63,076 nucleotides of DNA, taken from the NCBI GenBank assembly GCA_015680685.1, contig MNCI01000673.1, positions 176,460-239,535 on the forward strand, read 5' to 3'. The stretch comes from Gnetum montanum. Its lineage: Eukaryota; Plantae; Gnetophyta. The notes below the pieces were generated by a model. That model was not told the origin of the DNA. It worked only from the letters and a program-made list of their open reading frames with translations, and searched no databases. Made by a program: the position numbers and the translations under genes. Below, piece after piece: positions 1 to 12,100 of the stretch (position 1 is the stretch's first letter; every line of letters begins with the position of its first letter).

Positions 1-130
1 TGGTTGTGGGATGGGGAGGTGTTGGGAGGGGTGGATGGATGGTTGTTGTGGGATGGAGAGGTGTTGGGAGGGGTGGGTGGATGGGGGTGGTGGAGGCAAG
101 GGAAGGGGGAGGGAGGGGTCATGGGAGGAG
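1..130. repeat. G-rich low-complexity repeat (about 41-bp unit twice), G-quadruplex-like
   Basis: ggttgtgggatggggaggtgttgggagggg is repeated near positions 2 and 41-44, with many GGG runs. Confidence 0.6.
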
Positions 131-3100
131 ATGGTAGTTATCTTGTAATAACTGTATATGTACATGTGCCACAATGTATAATCCAATTAGAACTTTCTAA
201 CTTAGCATTAGCTGAACCCATGACTTCAAGAACTTCAAGTCATGGATTTGATTTTGTTGGGCAATGCTAAGTTATATATCTTGGGGTACATCTATATTAC
301 AATTATTGCATGGTTCAATACAAAACTTTTGTAGAACTTAAGCACAACACACTAATATGTTAGATTTGTATACTTGTTGGAATCAAACTTGTAAGTTGGA
401 AACCCCAAGCTACATGCTAGTAATGCCTCACTAGCAAGACTATGAAAATGAAAAGTTGAATAAGGGATATTCATACTTTGAAATATTTATTATGTGTTTT
501 CTTTCTTGCATAGAAAAACATAATTTGTTCACTTACGGAAAGAGGCTATTTAGTCATAAAAGTAATAATTAGAAGGTAGTAAAAAGAAACTATGATTTCA
601 TTGAAAGTCTAATAATTCAATAAGCCTATAAATATAGTTATTTGAGTTTTACTTATGTTGAATTATGTATTTTGCCAATACATTGATTTACTATAGGAAA
701 AGGTTGTTTTTTTTAAAAAAAAACATTTTTAAAGATGATTTTAGCAAAGTAATATGTTGATAATCTTGTATTCAACGATAGGTTGTATGGTATAAGACCT
801 ATCACAACTTGTATTCTTAAAATATACTTATTATAACAAGCAATACAATTTGATTATATTCTTTAAAATAAACTTGGATTCCATATTAGAGGACTAGCTT
901 TTTATTTTATTTTTATTACACATCTTCATCTATGTTAAAAAATAAATTGCATTTACCTATATAATTTATTTAATAGCTACATAAACTATTTACCAAAGTG
1001 TTAAAATAATGCTTCTTATATTACAAGTTTTATATATCATATTTAAATATTTTTAATTTTTAATTCAATTTTTATTAGTCTTAGATTATAAAAAACGAAA
1101 TTCTGAAACCATAGAAACCTATGGAATAGATGAAGTTGCAAGTGACACTATTAATGTATAATGATTGCCCAACATTTGTAGAGTTGGTTTAAAAAATTTA
1201 AATTGTGATTACTAGTATGCCTAGAAATTGGTCTATAGAGAAATTTTACTATTATTAGGTTTATAGCCTAATGGTAAGAGTCTTTCCATGGAAAATCCAT
1301 GTCATAGGTTTAATTCTAAAAATTTATGGATAAAAAAATTCTATAAAAGAAATTCTGAAATTAATTTGTTCCAAGATAACCAAGTGGATGTTGGTAGAAT
1401 GCAAAAGAATGACTATAAGTACACTCCAAGATATATACTTAATCTAATACTTTAGAAAAATTATAAAAGAATATAAGGATGTCTTTAAGTGTGATTCAAA
1501 TTGAAAACCCCTTCCATAATTAAACAATAAGTTAACCACCTTATCCACTTATCACTCATAGGGTCTTAGTGGATGTAACCAAATTAAGGAAAAGAAAAAC
1601 ATGTTTAATATTTGTTAGTGATTATTCCTTGTTATTTTCGAAGAGACTCTTTAGTAGAAGATTCAAGGAAGATGTGGTATTCATTCTCTATTTTATTATT
1701 AATGAAAAATTTATATTTCCTTTCTTCTTATAAAATTCTCATTTATTAACTTCGTTCAATCTATGGATGATGAAAATTCATCTATAATGTAATCATTTGT
1801 ATCATTTGGCAAAGGGTGTTTATGATATCTTAGTAATTTCTATTCATTTTGAAATTTCTAATTTTTATTATTTATATTTTTCCAAATGTATGACTTTCAA
1901 ATTTTTGTAGTTCATTCATCTTTAACGAAGCAAATAAAAGTTTTCTAAATTATTAGATGGTGTACTTCAATTTCTCATTTGTAAGCCACATTTCTCATTG
2001 ATTACACAAACCAATTTGTAAAGTGTTGTGATGCAATAAACTAATTAAATGCAACAACTATCTTCAGATCCCTCCAAAGCTTCATAGTCATTTAAAGTAA
2101 AAGGTTAAAAACTAAGAGACTATGACTACAATGCACCCCAAGACATATAGCCAACTTAGAAGAATTATAGAGGAATAAAACAATGTAAAAAGATAAGGAC
2201 CACTATTTGTAATGATGGTAAGATGCTTGTTTGTTGTGTCCTAAGACCTAGGTTCTAGCCTACGTAGAACCACTTGAAAGAGGTTAGGCTCATCAATGCT
2301 CATCCCACCAAGGGATTAACCTAGAGGTTAGGATTATTATAAAAGTTCGAGTTACCTCTCATTGGCAGTAAGATGTATAAAATTCTAAAAACATTTATCC
2401 AGTTAAAACTAGGGGGAAATGATTAAATGAAAATTTAGGCTTGCAAATATTTCACACATAAAAACCTTTATGATTTTTAACAAATTTCTTCAATGTCATG
2501 AAAATTCTATTTCAAAAAATAGAGGGGTAGCTCTATTTAGGAACAATTTGGAATGGATTCTCAACTTTCCCAATAAAATAGTAAGAACACAAACCATACT
2601 TTGGGTTTTGAGGGAAAGGTTAGGTTTGTCTACCTAGGACAAATCATACTTTGCTTTTATCTATCATGAATTATTTCAATTGCAAAGTCTTACCAACTTT
2701 AATGCATTTGTACTAAAATTTGGTGGAGTGTCTTGGGCTTGAATTTGTGGTACACCAATATTACATAATACCCTCACATGTCATAAATTTACTAAGTAGA
2801 TAAAAAGCAACATTTGTTATAAGAAGTAGTTATTATGACATTATTTATAAAAGTTGCTAGAAAGCAAGCAACATATCTCCTTTATATAAATTTTTTAATA
2901 GTAACTTGATATCATTTATAAATAGGATTACATGCATAGGCTCATGAAAGTATAAGTCATTTTAAATGTAATTAACAAGGTACTAGCCAACTATCTTTTT
3001 CTATGTGTGCATGTATTTTATAGAATAAGGAAAGTCATAACCCTTGGATATTGAATCTACAATCCTCCATTTGAAAGTGGAGAGTTACTACACATTTAAG

Positions 3101-4125
3101 TACTAGCTACTCTCTAGTTTGACTCTCAGGCTCAACCTAGCCATATTAATTTAATAATTAATTCTTAGAAAACATCTTTTTATAAATTTAAAAAAATTAT
3201 GAAAACGTGTGCAATAAAAATCCTATTGATGGAGAAGGAAAAGTTAACTTGAAAATAGTCAATTCTACAGCTTGTGATGATATCCACTCAATCTTGGAGA
3301 TTGCGTTGAATTGAATTAAGAGAAGGGAAGTGCTTGTGGGTAAGATTATTAAAGTCTCACAGTATCACACACAATATCTATGTCAGACATAAAAATAGGA
3401 ACTTGCTATGCTACATCATGTCCTGCTGTACCATGTCAGGATTTTTTTACCGTTAAAAGGCATCACCACAGGGTAACAAAGAAAATGGCACGACCATAGT
3501 AATCACGCTTGGCTCGCCTCGAATTTATTAATTTTTACATTACACCGTAACAATTGCACAGTAAAAATTTGCCTAAAATACGTACGAACAAACAAACAAA
3601 CAAGAGCACACGCCGTTCCATTCACCCTTCCCGGGCGAGCCCATTATTGGGCCACAATTCCAAATGCTAAAAAGCGGAATCTGCAAAGAAAAGCAATGCC
3701 GTAAATTTTACCATCATCATCATCAACCAGAATCCAAGGGCGCAAGGCCTTTTGCTAAAACAAGCAAAACCAATAAAATCGCCATAAACGATTAATTAGA
3801 AATTATTAAAGACGGCCTGGCGCGGATGAGGGTTCGGGATGACGTGGCGGGCGTGGATTGGAGGGCGGTGCCGTACTTTGGCCGGAACGGCGAAGGTGAT
3901 TTGGCTTGCGCTTTTTAAAACCCTAGGCGCATGCTCTCCAACGAATAAAGAGAAATTAAAAAAAGGGAGGAAAAGCGTCGTCCATGGTTTAATGAAAATG
4001 AGAAACAAATAAAACGGGAAAGAGGAAAAGTTGATTGTGTGCAACGAAAATAATAAATGGGGATTTGATGAGGGGCTGTCCACAGGGCAAAACGAAAGGC
4101 AAACCCTGGTTTGGTATCGTGTCGC

Positions 4126-4156
4126 GTGGCTGTGGCTGTGGCTGTGGCTGTGGCTG
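4126..4156. repeat. (GTGGCT)n hexanucleotide microsatellite
   Basis: gtggctgtggctgtggctgtggctgtggct seen directly. Confidence 0.9.
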
Positions 4157-4506
4157 CCTCTCTCTCTCCTGTTTCTGCTTTCCTTGTTTGGTGTCAATGT
4201 TTGGCTTGCTTGCTTAGTTAGCTTCAAGGCAATAGCCCTTAGGGTTTTCAAAACACAGAGAGCAGAAGCGGAATCTAAGCGAATCTGGCAGCCTCTGCGG
4301 CTCGGATCCGTCGGCGTATTTATTCGCGCTGGCTCTCCTATTTCTGGTGGTCACTGAGCGATCCCAGATGGTGAAAGGGCTTTTACAGCTCCAATTGCAT
4401 GAATGCCTCGACATTCCATGGCCGTCCCCGCTCTGTAGATCGGAGCAAGCGCAAGCATAAAAGCAGCAGGATGTTTGCACCTCCTGCTTCTGCTCTTCCT
4501 TGATTT

Positions 4507-4552
4507 CTGCTGTTGCTGCTGTTGTTGCCTCCGCTGCTGCTGCTGCTGCTGG
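4507..4552. repeat. (CTG/TTG)n trinucleotide microsatellite in the putative 5' leader
   Basis: ctgctgttgctgctgttgttgcctccgctgctgctgctgctgctgg. Confidence 0.85.
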
Positions 4553-6133
4553 TTTAGGTTTCGCGCAGCATTCGGTGCGTCCGTCACGAGGCTTGTTTCG
4601 ATTTCCGTGGGCCTGCGTCCGTGCTTCCATTGCTTGCCGGCTTGACCAGGTGAGTTTCGATCTCGCGACCTGCTGCTTGTTTTTCCGGATCCAGTTTAGA
4701 ATGATCGCGCAGTGGGAATGCGATTCCGTTTTGTCCGTTTTCGGAGCATCCGTGGCGCTGGTGCCGGTATCGTCAATTTGTGCGCTAGGGTTTTGAGGCC
4801 GGGCAGCGTGCCCCCCTTTTTGTGCTCCGCGTTTTGCGCTTTTACGGTTGTTTTGAATTGAAATGTTCGTTCGCCTGGCTGGTTTGGAGCGCCCGTTGGT
4901 CTTGGTTTTTAGGTTTAATTGCTCCGTATTCCGCTGCTGGTTTTGCCGACTTCGTCGTGGCCGGCTCGTTTGTTCCGGAAATGTTTGCCTGAATTCAGTA
5001 TCGGATGCTGCGGAGGATTCTGGAAGTGGAATTTTTATGCTGAGTATGTTCGAGGTCTGAATCTCCAAGTTGCGTCGTCGGAATTATCGAAAGCTCGTGT
5101 TGTTGAAATGTTTATCTTCTGTAAAACTGATTGTTACCTGGAAATGCATTTATTTATCGTCGCTTTCTTCTGCTATGATTGTGTGGCCATTTACCGTCGT
5201 CTGAATGCTGTGCTGCGCTGTGGCAACTCGCATCGGTAACGACTTTATGCAATGTTTCGGTTTTTGTTTTTATTGATATTCGATGCCCTCCCCTCCGCTC
5301 CCCTCCCCTCCCCCCGTCCGTCTGCGATATGGGCTCTCATGTTTTTTTGTCTCTGACATTCGTGTCTGACACATTGCGGGCGCTTGCTGTAATGTTATCG
5401 GTCTCTGTTAATTGCCGATAACAGATTCTGTCAGCCTCCACAATGTACACAGCTACAAGCGGAAAAAGCACGCGTTACAGTTGACCGTGTTCCACCTTTT
5501 AGGGTTCCAGCACGGCACGTCTAATCATCGTTCATTTTCAGTGTTCATAAAGCTCGTACCTGCAAATTGGCGACGGGGCCACTGCTCGCACGCGAACGTC
5601 ATGCTTTCTGCCATCAACCACGATCCAGTAGCGCTTGGCCAGGTGACCTATTTTAACTTTCTTATCGTAAAATTTTGTAACTGCACTTTACGTATAAACA
5701 TTGTGATCGATCCATCGCTACTGTTCATTCAAAGTTCGTGTAGATTGCTCCAGCGATGAGAAACTTTGTTTATAAAACCGCGGTAAAAAATGGAAAAATT
5801 CTAGGACAGTTGCAACGAAAGATGGCGCATGCTTTCTCCACATGGAGTTGAACGAAAATCGGAAAAGATTTGTCATAAGCTCTCTCTGCAATTGTTTTCT
5901 TTTTGCTATCGCGCGCCAAGCATCCGTCGTTTTTGTTGAGGAGGCTTTTTAAGTTGGCCCTTTCTTCTGCGTGTCGCGGACCTGTAAACAATTTTTCTGC
6001 AGTGTTTGATTGATTTCAATTTCATTTCTTGCCTGTGTGCCGAAGCTTGAATCGTGTAAGCATTGTACTTCTTTCTCAGGATCACACAGGCGAGCTTGGA
6101 AGGAACGGTGTAGGGCAGCTCTCTTTTGACAGC

Positions 6134-6174
6134 ATGAACAACTACGACAGAACTTGCCACCGTTTCTCAATTCG
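6134..6174 (+). CDS. EMF1: EMF1-like coding exon (MNNYDRTCHRFSIR, last codon split); exon probably starts at 6080
   Basis: ATG at 6134 and donor CG|GTATGT at 6175. The phase matches acceptor cgcag|C at 6503/6504 and restores FSIREY. Confidence 0.75.
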
Positions 6175-9100
6175 GTATGTAACTTTGGTATCGACAGCAA
6201 TTGTTTTTCGAATTTTTTTCCCATTTTCGAAAAAAATTAAACATCATTTTTTCGAAAGATAGAAGTAAAACCCTAGTCTCCGTTTGACCAAGAATTTTTA
6301 TTTTCCCTTTTCCTTTTATGATTGCAACTTAAGTATCAAAACTTGGGATATTTCGCTTGGGCTTTGCTACTGAAGCTTATTTATACGCGCGGCATATTTA
6401 GTGGCATTTGACACGACTGATATAGAAACGTCTTGGCTTGCGAGCGTCTACGAACTGCGTAGGAGTGAACTAACGCTAAAACGTTCCTGTTCTTCTTGCG
6501 CAGCGAATACGTCAAGTCGGTTCGTGAAGTGGATCCGAAGCGATGCTGGCCTTTTAAGGAGAATGAAATGCCGGCAGTGGATCCGCTGCCTGCTATGGAA
6601 GTTTCCAAGTTCAGATGGTGGGGTTGCAATGCTTGTCTCGCGGATCCTGAGCCTTATGCGCTGGACCGAGTTGGCGCGGTTCTGGCTCATGTCACGCACC
6701 TTCGGGTTGGCGAAGGAAGCATAACGCCGATCGCTTCTGTAGACGAGACTGTTTTTCGTCCTGTTGCTTATCAGCATACAGTTTTATCTGGCCATGACGC
6801 CGACGCGGGCGGCTCCATTGCTGTTGTTACTACTTTTCCAGATGCTTTGATTTCTCAACGGCCTGCTTTGGTGATCACGGACGTCGCGAACGTCACGACG
6901 ACGAACAAGCGTGGCCAAGATGTAGCAGTTTCTGTGGAGAACAATTTAAAGGCATCGAGCTTAACTACTGAGGCTGTTCAGGACGAGGAGGGCGCTCGCG
7001 GTATTGCCGAACAAGCTACCGGTTCTGACAAAATTCGCACAGGTGCTGAAGCACATAAGGAAGCCATTATTGCACTTGCTGCGCAACTGGATTCAGATTC
7101 TGAACCGCACGCTCTAATCTCTGTTGGTGGTTCGGGAGCTGCTGCGCAAAAGGTCGACGTGGGTGACGGTGTGCAAGATGTATCCGCTGTGGCTGAAGAT
7201 GGTTCAGATTCTCGGCATCGTCCTTTTGTTTCGAGGAAGGATGCCATGCACAGCACTTCGCGATATGATTCTTCAGTTCCCCCAACGCATGCGCTTGAGA
7301 CAAGCGGGAACGCAGAAACTTCAAGGCAGAAAGATGCAGTGGGTAAGTTTATTCAACATGATCTCAAATTTTGTTTGGTTAAATTGCAATTTGGCTTACT
7401 AAGAGTGGGTTCTCGTGGAATCACAGCTAGTGAGCAGCCTTCTGCTATCCCGAGCGTTGATGTCCAAGCTTCGATGAAGGAAGATGTCACGGATACTAAT
7501 GTTGTCCATGATCTGATTTCTGAGAAGTGTTTGGGATTGTTGGTGCCGGAAGTCGAAGTCATGCAAAAAGGAGACTCCGTCACACTTACCGAACATGGCA
7601 GAGTTGTCGTGGCCAGCGAAGAATGCTCTTATGAGATACGAGAGCCAGATAAGGTTGTGCAGGTTAACGACCATGTCTTTGATGGGATGGAAGGTGATGT
7701 TCAGAAAGCAAACAGAAATGAGGATGGCTTCAGGCCTAGGAGAGACGGGGAAGACTGGGCAGATGATACTGTTAAAGAAAACAAAGGTGATGACAGAGAG
7801 AGCTATTCGAATAAGGAGTGCCTAGATGACAGTTTGATGCGGCTAAGTGAAGGTGGCAGCAGTGTCAGCGAAGACACTGAAGCGGTCATTGCAAAGCGTG
7901 TTATCGATGCGACTCCGCTGTTGACAGTTAGTCGTGGTTACAGCAATCGTAATGATAAATATCCAGCCGTAAAGGCTGTTCACGGAGAAGATTTGTCGGT
8001 GCTGCCACATCAGGATAAACTGGTGGAAGTTGCAGATTCTGAAATTCAATACAAGAATCTCTTGCCTCAGCAGGTAAGAATACACCATGCATGTGAACCA
8101 GGTAACGTTGAAATTAGCTTTTCACATATGCAGCAATCACGGGAAGGGGAGAACGCGGACAAGAAAGATAGTGTTCCCAAGATGGAGGACCAAAGACGGG
8201 ATGCTGTAGACAAAGATTTTGGGAAGTCAAAGTTGCCAGAAGTCGCTGTATCAGGTACTATGCCTTGCAAACTAGGCCACCGTTCAATGTTAGACCTAAA
8301 TAAAATCGAGAAGCGTCCAAATCCCTGGGAATGCTTTTCAAAAGCGCCCAACGTATTTCAGGAGCTAAGTAAACAAGTTAGGCTTAAAGACATTGATTTT
8401 GCAGATTTGAAGAATTCATTTATAGTGCCTAATACACAGAAAGAAACTCTTAATAATCAACAGAAGGCTCCTAATGTGTCATTGGAATTAAGACTAGGGA
8501 AGGAGCCAACTACAGTGAAATGCACAGAAACGTATCAGTTTGTTCCAGACTCTACAATGGAAGGTCAGAAAATGCCAGCAGAGATACTTTCTGAAGGCAA
8601 TACGGTTGAGGAATTGCAACATCATTTAGGGGAAGCCAATAGGGACGATAACGCTTCGAAAGAAGTTGACATGGAAAAATCGTTGCCACCTCAGTTGAAG
8701 TTAGATTCAATTGATGGTTATGTTGTACCACTAAGCTCAGTTGGAAGAAGCAGTGATTCGAAAAATATCACAGAAGGTGAAGAGGAAGAAGAGATTAAAG
8801 CATATGAAGAAAGAACTGAGGCGGATGCTACGGTTGTTTCATCAAAGAAATCTGCTAAACCAAAAGTTAGTGATCGCAGGAGCACCAGGAGGCCCCAGAA
8901 GAAAAGAAAAATGTCGGCTATTTATGCTAACACGGTAGAGAAAAAAGAATTCTTTGTTGAAGGAGGTATTACAGAAACTGATATCACAAATCCAATACAA
9001 TCAGATGAAGACACTACAAACACTTCACTGAGAGAAACAAAAAAGAAATCAAAGCAGTTAGAATGTGATGGCGCAACAGCTTCAAAAGATAGCATCCCAG

Positions 9101-12100
9101 GTCATCAAGAAATGGAAAATGTTTCAGCAAAGATATTGAAAAAGAAATCTAAACACTTAGATCAAGCTTTTCATTTATTAGTTGAAGATAGTAATGCCTA
9201 TACAAATGAAGGAAAATCTTGTTCAAAAACAGCAAAAAAAAAGTCAAAGCATTCAACAAGCTGTGTTGGGATGTTGAATCGTGAAGAGGATGCTGAAATT
9301 GAGTCCAGAAATGTAATGAAGAAAACGTCAAAGCATTCTAGAGAAGTTGCAATTTCATTTCCCAGGAAGGACAAAAGTTCCTGCAGTTCAAATCCGTCAG
9401 AACAAGCTCTGAAAAAGAAGTTCAAGCCATCAGTTGAATCTCTTGGTCCATTGTTTGCAGAGAAGAAATCAGACTGGACTCAGTCACAAGCAGAAAAGTC
9501 TAAATCAAATAAGAATAAATATGCTACTGAAGGTGAAGAGGAAGAGTTTTCAGTTCCTAACATGGGAAAGGTTTGTATTCTTTTAGGATTTTTTAAAGGA
9601 GTTGAAAATATTAGATAAGCTATGCTATGAATATATATTTGCATTGATGACTTGACGTTCAGGGCATAATTGATTTTTACAATACATACCTATAGCATTT
9701 TTTCAAAAGCAAATGTGTTTTCTTTTCTCTGTGTGTATACATTTGTTTTTTTTTTCTTTTCGGTTTTTTAAAATAATAGAACCGTATGTTTTAGCATTTT
9801 GTGATTTAGTGCTTTTAGGCAGTTTACAAAGATGCTAAATCTTTAAACGTCTAGAGAATATGTTTTTAACTCAAATGAATCTTTACCGTTTTGGCTTTAA
9901 ATGAGTAGAAAGCGATCAATGGAGTTTTGGTTACTATGTGACCCCCATAGTAGATTTTAACAAGGTGTAATAGTGCCTTTCTTATAGTTTGAACTCATAT
10001 CTTACTGGCAAACAGGCCAATGAATGACCGTTTGAGCTAGAGTTTTGATAGGTGGAATTAAGATTAAATGCTATAAAGTATTTGATTTGAGACAATGCTA
10101 TTGTTATCCGTCTTTTTTGTTTAACATTGGCAAATTTCTCAGGAAAGCTTGACCTTATTCAGAAAAAAAATTCTCCATATCAGAACTTTAAATAAAGTAT
10201 TTCTACTCTTTGTCAATTAATGTGTCAAATCCTTTTCATAATTTCTAACGAAGTCTAGCAATCCTTACTATAGGTTTGCTAGCAATCTATAGGGATTTGG
10301 CAGGTAGTTCTTTCTTGACCTCTTTTTTTAGTCTCAACTGTACAATTTATTTTTGGGTTGCATGCTATGTCATCCTATGTCTAATATAGCATTAACTTAA
10401 ACTTCCTTCTACATGGTATATTTAATTTCTCTTCGTGCTGCCACTCATAATGGGTAGTTGATGTTTCCTTTGAAATATATAAACTTGATAAAAAATTGTA
10501 AAAGTCAATAGATCTAATCTCAAAGATTTAGGCTTTTGGTACATAAGCCAAAAGCCAAAAGATTTAGGATCTAATGTTTGCAGTACTGTATAACTGGAAT
10601 CTTCTTCGTAACAAGTTACTCCTAGACATTATAGCTTTATCACAGCAATTGGGATTGATTGTGGAAATTTATGAGACGTGAGATGTGATTACAAAACATG
10701 CCCCAAACCTTCACTGTTATCAAGGTGACCATGAAGGCATCAGTGGATATGTTTAAAACCTTAGGTGCCAGAAAGGAAATTTTTGTTTGATAAATGAAAA
10801 GAGGAAACTAATCTAGGTACACATACACAGATAGATAGGCTTAACTAGATGCATTTATAATTTTCTATTTTATCTTTTGTAGATATTTGGGTTAGTGATT
10901 CCCTTTGCTTCTTATTGCTTATAGTTGCCAATTTTGTATGAACAGGGAAAATGTTAGCACAATTAGCAGTACAATGATAGAGATGTTATGATATACAGCT
11001 AGTGTAAATAAGTCATAATAAATCTGTTCAATCGTTAGAGGCGTATAGTGACAGACACTTCCTTTGTTTAATTAAGCTATCTACTGTGTCCAAAGGAAGT
11101 ATGGCTAACTCTATACCCCAGTTATATGAATATGGAATCTCTGAACCTCCATGTGTAAACTTTTTTCATAAAATAAAATAAAATAGAAAGACAAGCAAGA
11201 GATGTTTGGGCAAGGCGATTTTTGCACTTTCCAGGACTGCTATTTGGGCAAGTAATTCTATTATTCTAAGAAGTTTGAACCTGCCATTCTTCCCAATTTC
11301 AACTTAAAAAATTGCCAACATGTTTTTGTTGTGAATTGTTATTGCAATGACATTCATTTAAGACAATAAGGTCCTCAGACCATTTTATTTCATTAAGAGC
11401 CATAGGATTTTCATTTTAGTGTCAAGCATTTTAATCACGTAACAGATAATAAACGATTTAACAGAAAATCAGTTTTGTAGCCATACAAATATTTTTGTAC
11501 CAGGAAATGATAATATTAGTTACTCATACTGGCCTTTATTTGTTTCAGAAATCGTCAAAAATTAATGGACCGGTCATAATTTCTGAAAGAATTCCGTTAT
11601 CAGAAGGACAATTACCAAAAGTCAGGTCAGAATCAATAGAAAAGGTACCAGACTCTCTCTTTTCCGAGGATGGACCATCTAGGAAGACTTTAGAAAATGA
11701 GGAGATGGAAATTGTTGAGTTATTGGCAAAGAAACAACAGGAGCGTGAATTATCAAGCAAGCCTTCCAGAAAAAGACGAAAGCCAGAAAAAGTTCAAAAA
11801 CTGGAGAAAATATCAAATGGAAACATTGCTGATAAAACCAAAAAGCAGAGAGAAACCCAAGGAAACACAAAACAATATGAACAGATTGACGTTTTAAAGG
11901 AGGATTCATTTTCAGTTTATGGTGAAAAGCCAGCATCAAGCAGTGGCATCGGCATTTCATTGCAGGGTAATTTAGAAGGTACCGAGGCATCTATTTCTGG
12001 TAAAGATCAATTCGATAAACTGAAATCATCAAGTGGGTATGCAGTGGATTCTGTTGCTTCAACCATAAATCATGAGAAGATTTTGGGTAAGGACCCAAAC

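Larger units (their letters stand above)
3400..4649 (+). promoter_or_regulatory. CpG-rich promoter and first (5' leader) exon of the EMF1-like gene
   Basis: Abrupt switch from CpG-depleted AT-rich DNA to GC/CpG-rich DNA. Site II motifs AGCCCA/TGGGCC at 3638-3653, TGACGTGG at 3840-3847, telo-boxes at 3918 and 4239, and a strong donor CAG|GTGAGT at 4649/4650 that can pair with acceptor ttctcag| at 6079. The TSS is not determinable. Confidence 0.6.

Noticed and set aside
4214-5068. 284-aa minus-strand ORF (and 3796-4251)
   Set aside because: Low-complexity ORFs expected by chance in a GC-rich island with microsatellites. No recognisable domain, and they are antisense to a leader/intron with good + strand splice signals.
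6496-6503. ORF-track start (TTG) of the 1040-aa ORF, and its tail 9571-9618
   Set aside because: Both are intronic; splice sites at 6503/6504 and 9570/9571 define the exon.
11495-11548. Separate 698-aa gene starting at 11495
   Set aside because: The first 18 codons are the intron end. The exon joins the upstream ORF in phase, and EMF1 motifs are split across both.
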